Shown in pieces: positions 51,491 through 61,308 of a DNA stretch of 64,000 nt. Every line of letters starts with the position of its first letter. Positions within the stretch are counted from its first letter, which is position 1. A model generated the notes under the pieces. The model had not been told where the DNA came from, searched no databases, and saw only the letters and a list, made by a program, of their open reading frames with translations. Source of the stretch: Candidatus Hermodarchaeota archaeon (GTDB lineage: Archaea > Asgardarchaeota > Lokiarchaeia > Sigyniarchaeales > SOKP01). The position numbers and the translations under genes were made by a program. The stretch covers positions 1 to 64,000 of the forward strand of contig JBHLLO010000006.1 in assembly GCA_048885535.1 (NCBI GenBank). The letters are read 5' to 3'.

Positions 51491-52030
51491 TTGAAAATTA
51501 TGATTTTAAAAGCATATAAGACAATCATAGCTGGGAATGCTGGAGTAGGCAAGACAACCTTATTACATCAATATATCAGAGGAGAATTTAGACCAGATAT
51601 TCAAACTACTATTGGGAGTAACTTTTTTGTAAAATATGTAAAAATACCTCAAGTAAAAGGGTTTATCACTCTCCAAATCTGGGATTTAGCTGGTCAAGAG
51701 CGTTTTAAATGGGTACGACAAGCTTTCTATAAAGGAGCTAAGGGGATAGTATATATGTTTGACTTAACACGACGTGATACATTTGAAAACTTACAATTTT
51801 GGAAAGAGGAAATTGAGAGTATAATTGGAGCCAAACCCAATATATTAGTCGGAAATAAACTTGATTTGATAAGTTCTGAAATGAGATGTGCGAGCCCAAA
51901 AGAAATGAATTACCTTAAAGCTAATCTCGAATCTTCAGCCTATTATGAAACAAGTGCTAAATTTGGTCAGGGAATAGATGAGATATTTGAAAAGCTTGCT
52001 GTAGATATGTATAAATCACTTATTTCTTAG
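51491..52030 (+). CDS. Rab-like small GTPase
   Basis: GNAGVGKT, TTIGSNF, LQIWDLAGQERF, FYKGAKG, VGNKLDL, YETSAK; no C-terminal Cys prenylation motif. Confidence 0.93.
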   Translation: MKIMILKAYKTIIAGNAGVGKTTLLHQYIRGEFRPDIQTTIGSNFFVKYVKIPQVKGFITLQIWDLAGQERFKWVRQAFYKGAKGIVYMFDLTRRDTFENLQFWKEEIESIIGAKPNILVGNKLDLISSEMRCASPKEMNYLKANLESSAYYETSAKFGQGIDEIFEKLAVDMYKSLIS

Positions 52031-52111
52031 ATGATAGATTCTAGTTCTAGACCTTTTTATCTTAATAAATATTGTATACTTAACAAGACTTAATTAAATA
52101 ATGGCTCAAAA

Positions 52112-53221
52112 ATGAAGCGACTTAAAAGTATTGATATTTTTCGTGGTATTTGCATGTTTATTATGGTTTATGGCCATATGTTTGATTGGTGGTTAAGAAT
52201 TGAAGACTACTGGTTTTTCGACGACGTTCTAAAGCCATTATTAGGGCCCATTGGAGCCGTAGGATTTGTGTTTATATCCGGGATAAGTACTGGATTGTCT
52301 TATAAAAAAAATTCTTTAAAAGCTAAAAACTCAGATTTTTCTATGAGAAACTTAAGAGATATATATATAGTTAGAGCTTTATTACTTTTATTAATCGCGT
52401 TAATCTATAATCTTACTGTAGCTATCAGATTAAATGATCTTACATTTATTTGGGCGTGGTTAATCTTGCAGACCATTTCTATATCTCTTTTGATTTCATA
52501 TCCATTATTGAAATTTTCAAAGATTACTAGGTTAATTATCAGTTTAACCTTTCTTGTTGGTAATCAATTTTTCCTATGGTGGTTACTTCCGTTTAAGGGG
52601 CAACTCAATTTTTTTGGGATATTATTTCATATCTTATATAATCCTGTTGAACATTATGTTATTGTGCCGTTTTTCAGTATCTTTCTTATCGGCACTGTTA
52701 TTGGAGATCTAATTTTAGACATTAATCTTATTAACTCACAAATTGAACGAAGAGAGATCTTTAAAAATAAATTAATTTTTTATATGCTCCTGTTTGGAAC
52801 TACTTCTACTCTTATTGGAGTTCTATATTTTTATCCTAATTTCTTTATTTATGGCACCTATTCATCGGTAATCTATTCTTTTGGCATTGTTACTTGTTTA
52901 TTTGCTGGTTTGATAACTCTTGAAGAATATGAAATTCTTAAGACTAAAAAGAATTATAGATATCTTTATTATTATTCTTATTATTCCTTCTCAGTATATA
53001 TTATACATAATTTATTGTATTTTCTTTTTGTAGGACAGTTAACTATAATAACTATTTGGATTCCAATATTATTGATTATTCCTCTTCTGGGTTTATTGCT
53101 TAAGATGATTTATAAGTATTTAGGTATGAAAGCCTCTTTAAAGGCGCTTATGAGTGTTGCTAGTTATTTAATTGTAACAAAGATTACAGCAAAAAAAGCT
53201 TCTAAGAAGAAACTATTATGA
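52112..53221 (+). CDS. DUF1624 / heparan-alpha-glucosaminide N-acetyltransferase-like membrane acyltransferase
   Basis: RLKSIDIFRGICMFIMVYGH, FVFISGIS, ILQTI; many TM segments. Confidence 0.85.
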   Translation: MKRLKSIDIFRGICMFIMVYGHMFDWWLRIEDYWFFDDVLKPLLGPIGAVGFVFISGISTGLSYKKNSLKAKNSDFSMRNLRDIYIVRALLLLLIALIYNLTVAIRLNDLTFIWAWLILQTISISLLISYPLLKFSKITRLIISLTFLVGNQFFLWWLLPFKGQLNFFGILFHILYNPVEHYVIVPFFSIFLIGTVIGDLILDINLINSQIERREIFKNKLIFYMLLFGTTSTLIGVLYFYPNFFIYGTYSSVIYSFGIVTCLFAGLITLEEYEILKTKKNYRYLYYYSYYSFSVYIIHNLLYFLFVGQLTIITIWIPILLIIPLLGLLLKMIYKYLGMKASLKALMSVASYLIVTKITAKKASKKKLL

Positions 53222-53477
53222 ATATTGTATTACTTACTCTAAGGATTTTTATTTATTATAAATGAATAAGAAGTGTGTCCATCAAATTACATTTTGAAAT
53301 GAAATTTCACACTAACTTAATATAAATATACTTAACGATTAAGTTTTAACCTATAATCATTAATCTTTATAACTTGAAATCTATCTACTCCATAGAATGT
53401 CAATTTTAAAATAATATTAAATATTGATCAAACCATAATTAAAAAAAATTATTAAAAAAACCGAAGTAAGGATTAAA

Positions 53478-55829
53478 ATGAGTAAAAAAGGCGCAAAATT
53501 AAAGATTGAATCATATAAAGGACCACTAGGAACGATAAAAGGCTTTGAATTAACAGCAGGCAAGGTTATTAGTGAAGGAGATGAGACGGAATGGGAAGAA
53601 ATGGGTCCAACTCCTAAACCTACTATTCCCACACTAAGAAACTGGTTTTTTAAATTAATGGAAAGATATAAGCCCTTCTATATGCCTATATGTGATATGT
53701 GTTGCTTATGTACATTTGGGAAATGTAATCTTTCAAAAGGTAGAACAGGTGCCTGTGGAATCAATATGGAAACTCAACAAGCGAGAATAGTTGAGATAGC
53801 ATGTTGTATTGGAGCCGCCTGTCATAGTGCACATGGGGGGCATCTTTTACACTGGCTTAAGGAAAAATATGGTAATGTACCTATTAATTTTGGAAATAAT
53901 ATTGCCGTAGAAATGCCAATGACTCGAATGATTATTGGAATGAAGCCACAAGACCTAGATGATTTAGAAACCGCAATGGAATGGGTTCAGTATACAATCA
54001 CTCACTTATTAGCAGCAGGTCATACTGGTCAAGAATCAAATTACCTTGATTATGAATCAAAATCTTTTCTTGCAGGATTAGCTGATGCAGTTGGGATGGA
54101 AATAAGTGATGCTGTTCAAATGTGTGCATATGGATATCCAATAGGGGAACCTAATGTACCGATTGTAGAATTAGGGATGGGTACTATGGATACCACAAAT
54201 AAAGCGTCGATTTTAATGGTTGGTCATAACGTAGCTCCTGGAGTTGAATTAGTGGATTACATTAGAGAGAAGGGATTAGACACTAAAGTCGATGTAGGTG
54301 CAATTTGCTGTACTGCTCATGACTTAACAAGATATTATGATGGTGCAAAAATTATTGGTTCAATTTCAAGACAACTTCATTATATCCGTTCTGGATTAGC
54401 GGATGTAGTTATGGTTGATGAGCAATGCGTAAACCTCAGAAATCTTGAACAAGCTCAGCTTGTAGGTGCTCCTTTTATTGCTACTAATGAAAAGAATATG
54501 AGTGGACTTCCTGATAGGACAAACGATCCAATTAATGAAATTGTTGATGATTTAGTAAGTTATAAAATACCAGGTGTACTGATCTTAGACCCAATTAAAG
54601 CTGGGGCTGTAGCAGCTGAAACCGCAATAAAAATTAAACCAATTAGAAAGTCTAAAAGCGCTGTTCCTGATGAACAAGGTTGTATTGACATGGCATACAA
54701 GTGTAATGGTTGCGGAAATTGTCAGAGAAATTGCCCAAATGATCTGCCTTTAGTAGAAGCTGTAGGATTAGCTAAAGAAGGTGATTTTTCCTTATTAGCA
54801 AGTCTTTTCGATGAATGTGTTGGATGTGGAAGATGCGAAGCTGATTGCATGAAAGATGTCTCTCCATTAAGTTTAATTATGTATGCTGCGAGAGAGCACA
54901 TCAGGAGCGAAACTTATAACTGTCGCGCTGGAAGAGGTCCAATTCAAGATTCAGAGATTAGAAATGTAGGGGCACCCATAGTATTAGGAGAAATTCCTGG
55001 AATTGTGGCGATAATTGGTTGTGCTAACTATGCCCATGAAATTCAGGAATTATACAAAATGGCAGAAGAATTTTTAAGAAGGAACTACATTGTTTGTGTT
55101 TCAGGTTGCGGAGCAATGGATATAGGTTTAGTTAAAGATGAAGAAGGTAAAACTTTATATGACAAGTATCCTGGTGATTTCGATCGAGGAGGTTTAGTTA
55201 ACGTTGGGAGCTGTGTAGCGAATCCTCACATTGTGGGAGCCGCGGTAAAAGTTCCAAACATTTTTGCTAGACGTTCTATTAGGGGTAATTTTGAAGAAAT
55301 TGCAGATTACATCTTGAATCGAGTTGGGGCTGTAGGAGTAGCATGGGGTGCTTATTCTCAGAAAGCCGCTTCAATTGCAAGCATGGCTAACGGTTTAGGT
55401 ATTCCCGCAGTAATCGGTCCCCACTGTGCCGAATATAGACGAATGTATATTGGTAGATCTGATGACGAAGAAACATGGAAAGTATGGAATGCAAGAGATG
55501 GTTCAGGAGATCATTTGGTAGGTCCAGGTCCAGAACATTTACTAACTACTGCAGAATCAATTGAACAAGCGATCTGTTTGGTTGCTAAATTAGCAATACG
55601 TCCTGCTGATAACTCAAAGGGAAGAATGATAAAGCTTTCCCACTGGATTGATTTAGAACGTAAGTATAAAGGTGTTGATTTTCCAGAAGATCTCGAAAAA
55701 TATATTCGAGTTGAAGCTGATATTCCAATTAATATGAAAGATGAAATTTTAGAATATATAAAAGGAAAAGGTTGGCAACCAAAAGAGATTGTGGATCCAA
55801 CTCTTTTAAAGCGTTTATGTAGGACATAA
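53478..55829 (+). CDS. cdhA: CO dehydrogenase/acetyl-CoA synthase complex subunit alpha (archaeal CODH)
   Basis: CDMCCLCTFGKC...GACG, H..H..H, GHN, ICCTAHD, DEQC, two ferredoxin motifs, GRGPI.D.EIR, GSCVAN, WGAYSQKA. Confidence 0.96.
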   Translation: MSKKGAKLKIESYKGPLGTIKGFELTAGKVISEGDETEWEEMGPTPKPTIPTLRNWFFKLMERYKPFYMPICDMCCLCTFGKCNLSKGRTGACGINMETQQARIVEIACCIGAACHSAHGGHLLHWLKEKYGNVPINFGNNIAVEMPMTRMIIGMKPQDLDDLETAMEWVQYTITHLLAAGHTGQESNYLDYESKSFLAGLADAVGMEISDAVQMCAYGYPIGEPNVPIVELGMGTMDTTNKASILMVGHNVAPGVELVDYIREKGLDTKVDVGAICCTAHDLTRYYDGAKIIGSISRQLHYIRSGLADVVMVDEQCVNLRNLEQAQLVGAPFIATNEKNMSGLPDRTNDPINEIVDDLVSYKIPGVLILDPIKAGAVAAETAIKIKPIRKSKSAVPDEQGCIDMAYKCNGCGNCQRNCPNDLPLVEAVGLAKEGDFSLLASLFDECVGCGRCEADCMKDVSPLSLIMYAAREHIRSETYNCRAGRGPIQDSEIRNVGAPIVLGEIPGIVAIIGCANYAHEIQELYKMAEEFLRRNYIVCVSGCGAMDIGLVKDEEGKTLYDKYPGDFDRGGLVNVGSCVANPHIVGAAVKVPNIFARRSIRGNFEEIADYILNRVGAVGVAWGAYSQKAASIASMANGLGIPAVIGPHCAEYRRMYIGRSDDEETWKVWNARDGSGDHLVGPGPEHLLTTAESIEQAICLVAKLAIRPADNSKGRMIKLSHWIDLERKYKGVDFPEDLEKYIRVEADIPINMKDEILEYIKGKGWQPKEIVDPTLLKRLCRT

Positions 55830-55884
55830 TTTGCCTAATTTTATTCTTTTTTTAATTTTTAATTTTTTTAAAAAGTGAAGTTAT

Positions 55885-56106
55885 TTGCACAAACATGATA
55901 AGGAAATTTTAAAATTGTCTAAGTTATGTGAGCATTGGGCAACTCACAACGATAACCATATGGAAAGTTTCGAAAAATGGAGAGCAATTGCTGAGGAAAA
56001 AGCTTTAATAAATATTGTAGAAAAACTCGATAAGGCGATTAATATGATGAAAAACTGTAATGACTATTTACTTGCTGCGAAAAAAGAATTAGATAAATTA
56101 TTATAA
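55885..56106 (+). CDS. Small His-rich helical protein, possibly metal (Ni)-binding
   Basis: KLCEHWATHNDNHMESFEKW; immediately downstream of cdhA. Confidence 0.7.
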   Translation: MHKHDKEILKLSKLCEHWATHNDNHMESFEKWRAIAEEKALINIVEKLDKAINMMKNCNDYLLAAKKELDKLL

Positions 56107-56113
56107 GAAAAGT

Positions 56114-57322
56114 TTAGAGAAACATATTTATTAAAGGTAGTATTTGTTCTCTGAAATAGTCCAGCTTCTCATACATCATTTCAGGATTTTCTGAAAGTAT
56201 CCATAGATATACTGGAATTTTTAGTTCAGAGTAATCAAATAATTTTTCACCTTGAATAGTAAATCCATTTAATGGGAAATTTAGGGTAATAGATGATTCT
56301 CTGAGTAATCCAATTGAGTTATGAAAATTTGACAAGGTCTGCATGATTAAAGCTGTATTATTTAATAAAGCCTCATCAATATTGGAATCATTGTAGTTTC
56401 CAAAAATCAACCCATCCATCGAAATTAAACTTGAAGATTTTGCTTCAATTGTGTGAGAGAAATCTTCCAAAATGTTTTCAATAATTTCTGATGTGTCAGA
56501 AACCTTCTTAAGTGCTATACTAAACATTTGCATAATAGTTTCTTTTTGATAAATAGTAGTGTCTGAGAAATCTACAGAAAAATTTTCAAATTCACTTGTT
56601 ATCTGATTAAATTTATTCTTAACTACATTTATATTATCCTGCCATTGGATTGTAGATCGAAAATCCTGATCACTTTTACTCAAAACAACTAAAATGGGGG
56701 GATATTCATTTAAATCATTTAAAGCTTTAAGAACTTGGCGAAAGTAATTCGCAGATTCTGGAAATCTATCCGAATCGTAAGTATCTACGACATATAAAAC
56801 TAGATCAACTTCAGTGAAGAATAATTCAGGTCTGTTAAAATATAATTTTTCTCTATATTGAACTTGACCACCCAAATCCCAAGATATAATTGGGTAACCA
56901 AAAAAGTCTAATCGCTCTCTCTTTACACCTCTAGTAGGTAATAAAGATTTAATTATTGAGAATTTATCTTGAAGAACTGCTAAAATAGATGTTTTTCCTC
57001 CATTATCAAGTCCTATCATCAATAGTTTTTTATGGGATTTCAATTGTTCTTTAATAGCTTTTACAACAACCTGTGCAATCTTTATCCATTTAATCAAAAT
57101 AGAACTGGGAACTTCTTTAACATCTGGTGGATTGTCTAACGAAATTTTAGCTAAATCTCCAATATTTCTAATATTGTAGTCAGATAATGTATCTGAAGAT
57201 ACTTTATCAATACCAATGAGAGTTTCAGGTTTGAAATTTAGTACATCTTCTAGTTCATTAATAATAACATTACTTTTAAAAAAGTCTTTTACTTTTAAAT
57301 TTTTAATATCATTCTCTGACAT
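56114..57322 (-). CDS. Small GTPase (Arf/Rag-like) with N-terminal HhH-like and C-terminal roadblock-like domains
   Basis: GLDNGGKTS, PTRG, WDLGGQ, SKSD; N-terminal LIGID...L...I..IGDLA; C-terminal SLISMDGLIFG. Confidence 0.85.
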   Translation of the reverse strand: MSENDIKNLKVKDFFKSNVIINELEDVLNFKPETLIGIDKVSSDTLSDYNIRNIGDLAKISLDNPPDVKEVPSSILIKWIKIAQVVVKAIKEQLKSHKKLLMIGLDNGGKTSILAVLQDKFSIIKSLLPTRGVKRERLDFFGYPIISWDLGGQVQYREKLYFNRPELFFTEVDLVLYVVDTYDSDRFPESANYFRQVLKALNDLNEYPPILVVLSKSDQDFRSTIQWQDNINVVKNKFNQITSEFENFSVDFSDTTIYQKETIMQMFSIALKKVSDTSEIIENILEDFSHTIEAKSSSLISMDGLIFGNYNDSNIDEALLNNTALIMQTLSNFHNSIGLLRESSITLNFPLNGFTIQGEKLFDYSELKIPVYLWILSENPEMMYEKLDYFREQILPLINMFL

Positions 57323-57529
57323 GGCACATCTAAGATTTACACAAATTCTCTTTTCTCTATAATATATTTGTATTTAATTAATTAAAAAGAGTTTTATAAA
57401 ATATGAAAAAACTACCTTATAAAACTTTATTTTTGTGAAAAAAACATAATTATTTATTCTTTTTGTAACATATAAAAATTAGAACTATTATTTAGGGTTT
57501 AAAAAAAAAATAACTGGGTAAATCTGAAA

Positions 57530-58729
57530 TTGAGTGAAAGAGTACCAGAAAATATTGTAATTTGCATTGATACTTCAAGATCCATGTATCGATCAGATTA
57601 TCCTCCGTATCCAAGTAGATTAGATATCAGTATTGAAGCAGCAAAAAAGATAATAAATGAGAGATTGATGGAGGATAATATGTCTTCTTTCGCCATAGTT
57701 ATATTTTCTGATAAACCCAAAAAGGTTTTGGATTTCACTAGTGTAAAAGAATCCCTTTTCCAATCTTTAGGTACATTGAAATTTTCTGGAACATCAGCAA
57801 TGGGAGACGCATTAGCATTTTCCATAAAATTGATTATTTCAGAGTTAAGAAAAATCGCGGCTAAAATCCCAAGAGTTCTTTTAATATCAGATGGAAAGTT
57901 TACAAAAACTTCTATTGATCCTATAAAGATGGCTCGCCTTGCCCAAGGATTAAATATTAAAATTGATTGCTTCCGTTTAGGAGATTCATCTTCTCTTAAT
58001 ATACTAAAGCGATTAAGTGATATTACAGGAGGACGATATTATTATAATAATGATTCAGATTCTCTCTTACAAGCAGCCTTTAATTTTGCTAATTCAAATA
58101 TTAAAACTTATGGAGAAACATCTAAATCCCCCATTGAAAATCCTAGCTTTCTTAGAAAAATTGCTGCCGATCTATTAAGGGTTCAGGATCTCACAAAAGA
58201 TCAAGAACAACGTTTACTGCAAATGAAAGGATTAGCTGATTATAAAAAGTGTTCAATCTGTTTTTCTGATAAAAATCCCTATACTAAAAGCTCCTTTTTT
58301 GTTAGTGGTCGTTATTGTCCAAATTGTCAAACTCCATATCATATACATTGTTTAGCATCTTGGGCAGACTCCCAAAAGGATGGAAAAATGAGGAAAGCGG
58401 GGACAGTCAGATGTCCGCATTGTTTCTACCTATTAAAAATACCCATTGAAGTATCACAAATAAGAAAATTAACTTCTTTGGTAAAACCACGAATTCAAGC
58501 GAATTCGACTAATCAGAAACCTGAAATTGCTGCAGCTGAATTGATTAACTTTGGAGATGTTGAAAAGGATGCGCTATTTGATTCGTGTTTAGTATGTAAT
58601 CTTATATTTGAGCAAGATCAAAAACTTGTTAGATGTGAAAACTGTAAGACACTTTATCATCAAAACTGTTTTGAAGAATTAAATAATAGTCAATGCAAAA
58701 GCTGTGGTGTAAAATTGCATTTATATTAA
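57530..58729 (+). CDS. VWA domain protein with two C4HC3 RING/PHD-type zinc fingers
   Basis: IDTSRSM MIDAS, TSAMGDAL, LISDG, TGGRYY; CSIC..CPNC..H..C..CPHC and CLVC..CENC..H..C..CKSC. Confidence 0.88.
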   Translation: MSERVPENIVICIDTSRSMYRSDYPPYPSRLDISIEAAKKIINERLMEDNMSSFAIVIFSDKPKKVLDFTSVKESLFQSLGTLKFSGTSAMGDALAFSIKLIISELRKIAAKIPRVLLISDGKFTKTSIDPIKMARLAQGLNIKIDCFRLGDSSSLNILKRLSDITGGRYYYNNDSDSLLQAAFNFANSNIKTYGETSKSPIENPSFLRKIAADLLRVQDLTKDQEQRLLQMKGLADYKKCSICFSDKNPYTKSSFFVSGRYCPNCQTPYHIHCLASWADSQKDGKMRKAGTVRCPHCFYLLKIPIEVSQIRKLTSLVKPRIQANSTNQKPEIAAAELINFGDVEKDALFDSCLVCNLIFEQDQKLVRCENCKTLYHQNCFEELNNSQCKSCGVKLHLY

Positions 58730-58779
58730 TTAATAGTACTTCTTTCTAAAAATTATATATTAGTTAATTTGAGTTAATT

Positions 58780-59664
58780 ATGACTATAGAGAATTATTAT
58801 AATTATAAAAATTTCAAATTAGGATTCGGAAATTTCAATTTACCTCCAGTTCTAATTGGTACAATGTTTTATCAAGGACAATCCATTGTCGAGAGAAAAA
58901 ACAGTCAAAATTTTAATAAGGAAAAAGCAAAAAAAAGAATTCAGAATCAACAAGATTTATCTAATCAATATAAAATTCCAAACCTTATTGAAATATCAGC
59001 AGACAACCCTGACTCTATGATCAAATATCTTGAATTTTTCCTAGATAATTTTGAACCACCTTTTGTTTTGGGAGGTTCAATTGAAGCGAGAATTTCTGGT
59101 GTTGAATATCTAATCGAAAGAGGTGTTAAGCCTGAGGAATTCATTTACAACACCATTTCAAATCTCAAGAATAACAAAGAATGTGACTTGATTAAAAATT
59201 ATAAAATAACTAACCTTGTTGTATTAATACTAGGCTCCAATAATATGACATCTACTCAGAGATTTAATTATTTAGTCGAAAAAAGCCAATCAGATAATTC
59301 AAGTTTACTTGAAGGAATAAGAAAGTTAGGTGTAGAAAGAATATGGATTGATGGCGGTTTGTTTGACATAGAGAGTCTAGCTCATATTCTAGAAACTCAA
59401 CAATTAATAAGTACATCTCTAAAATTACCTGTGGGAACTGCTCCTAATTTATTTTTATATAAATATTCATCTCCAAGATTAAATTTAAAATTTCATACTC
59501 GCTATCGAAGAGCTAGCATTATGTTTATTGCATCTTGGTTTTCTAATTTTATTTTTTATGGAGCAATTGAAGATGCTAAAGAATGTTTTGCATCTACTTA
59601 CCAAGCTGTTGAATTTAAAAAAATTTTAAAAGCTAATAATATCAAACTTTTAGATAAGTTTTAG
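58780..59664 (+). CDS. MtrH-like pterin-binding methyltransferase (divergent)
   Basis: PPVLIGTMFYQGQSIV, FNKEKAK, IYNTI, LPVGTAPN, FIFYGAIE match the MtrH pattern. Confidence 0.72.
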   Translation: MTIENYYNYKNFKLGFGNFNLPPVLIGTMFYQGQSIVERKNSQNFNKEKAKKRIQNQQDLSNQYKIPNLIEISADNPDSMIKYLEFFLDNFEPPFVLGGSIEARISGVEYLIERGVKPEEFIYNTISNLKNNKECDLIKNYKITNLVVLILGSNNMTSTQRFNYLVEKSQSDNSSLLEGIRKLGVERIWIDGGLFDIESLAHILETQQLISTSLKLPVGTAPNLFLYKYSSPRLNLKFHTRYRRASIMFIASWFSNFIFYGAIEDAKECFASTYQAVEFKKILKANNIKLLDKF

Positions 59665-59754
59665 CTACAAAATATTATTTTGTTGATCAAAACTTAAATA
59701 AACTTTCTTTCTTTAGAATAGTATTATTAGTTAAAAATTAGATTCTTCTAATTA

Positions 59755-60909
59755 TTGGACATAGGAAAAATGTATGCAAATCAATATAAAGATGAATTAG
59801 AAATTGAAGCAATTAAACTAATTGATCGGGCTGAAGAACTCATTGATAAAGGTAAAGGGAATGAAGCTATAAAATTATATGAAAAAGCAGCACAAATTTA
59901 TCTAGATCTAGGAAGTTACTTTAAGTTGGATGAATTATTTATCCGTATAACTCGTGTAATTTCGCAGTTTAAAAATAATATTCAAGCAGTATACAGATTA
60001 AAATCAATAATTCGGAAAACGGAAGAATTAAAATTATACGAAATTTCCGCGAAGTTATTAGTTCAATTAGGAAATATTTCATTTCAAATGAATGATTGGG
60101 AAACTGCGGGTGATAGCTGGAGTAAAGCATCTGAGTACTTTCTTGAAGCAGATCCAGAAGAATATAATAAATTAGCATCTATTCTCTTGTTAAAAGCAGG
60201 TCAAACTTATGAACGTTCCCAGCTTACGAAGGATTTAGGCAAACGACTTATACTAAAAGCAGTTATGATAATTAACAAGTTTGATGAACTTTATCAACAA
60301 GAAGAAAAAAAAGCTCAAATATTAATAGAAAATAAAGAATTTGAAGCAGCTGCAGATAAATTTCATACTATATCTACATATTTTAGAAGATCCCTAGATA
60401 ATATGGGAGAGCTATTAGATGAAGCAGATTCTAAAGATACTATACTCAATGCAAAAGCAAGATTCATTCATTTTATTGCCGAATATCAAGTTTTGTCGGC
60501 AATCTGTTTAACAGCTTTAAATAATCCTGATTTTAAAGAAAAAGTTCAAACTCTTGGAAACGATTCAATAAATCTTTTTAAGGAATCTATTTCACTCCTT
60601 AAAGATTATTTATTTCCTATAAGAACAGAATTTGATAGAGAGATAATCCTAAGAATTACATTTGATACTATGTTACTAACAATTATTCAAAAAATTATAA
60701 ATGTGGAGATAGTTAACAGTAGAGAATATCTGTTTAACTCAATAGAAACAAATAATGCTTTAGTTGCAAAATTAAAAAAAAGCCCTTATTTTAAAATAAC
60801 AAAAAAAGTTGAAAAAGCTGGTCTTACTGAAGCTCTAAATGATTTGTTAAAAGTTAACTTAGGTCATTTTGAAAAGATAAAAAACACTCTAATCTCTCAC
60901 TTTTTATAA
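59755..60909 (+). CDS. TPR / alpha-SNAP-like helical repeat protein
   Basis: AIKLYEKAAQIY, AGDSWSKASEYF, AADKF repeats. Confidence 0.7.
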   Translation: MDIGKMYANQYKDELEIEAIKLIDRAEELIDKGKGNEAIKLYEKAAQIYLDLGSYFKLDELFIRITRVISQFKNNIQAVYRLKSIIRKTEELKLYEISAKLLVQLGNISFQMNDWETAGDSWSKASEYFLEADPEEYNKLASILLLKAGQTYERSQLTKDLGKRLILKAVMIINKFDELYQQEEKKAQILIENKEFEAAADKFHTISTYFRRSLDNMGELLDEADSKDTILNAKARFIHFIAEYQVLSAICLTALNNPDFKEKVQTLGNDSINLFKESISLLKDYLFPIRTEFDREIILRITFDTMLLTIIQKIINVEIVNSREYLFNSIETNNALVAKLKKSPYFKITKKVEKAGLTEALNDLLKVNLGHFEKIKNTLISHFL

Positions 60910-60951
60910 CTGAATTAATTGTCAAGAAGAAGATCAATATTTTCTATTTAA

Positions 60952-61308
60952 TTAGAATTTGATATTTATCTGACTATATTTCAATTTGCTTATCTTTCTT
61001 ACTCCATGATTTCCTGAACAGTAAATACAATCTATTAAGCCAGCTTCTTCAAGCTTTTTGATCTGAGCAGAAATATTTGCTTCAGTCATATTTAAATTCG
61101 CAGCTATGTTAGATACATCCATTCCATTGTTATTTAGCTGAATCTGTTGAAGAATTAATCGTCGAGTCTCTGATGAAAGTGCTTTTGCGATTAACTCGAT
61201 TTTGCCATCTGACTCAATTGTAATTGATCCATCATCACTGCGGACTAATTCTAATTTAAAAGAAGAATCTAATTCTGGATTTTGACCTAAATTTTCCGTT
61301 AGCTCCAC
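60952..61308 (-). CDS. ArsR family winged-HTH regulator
   Basis: AKALSSETRRLIL, ISAQIKKLEEAGLI, GVRKI. Confidence 0.85.
   Translation of the reverse strand: MELTENLGQNPELDSSFKLELVRSDDGSITIESDGKIELIAKALSSETRRLILQQIQLNNNGMDVSNIAANLNMTEANISAQIKKLEEAGLIDCIYCSGNHGVRKISKLKYSQINIKF

Noticed and set aside
55838-55872. T-rich tract after cdhA as a terminator
   Set aside because: Plausible for an archaeal terminator but indistinguishable from background T-runs in this AT-rich DNA, so not called.
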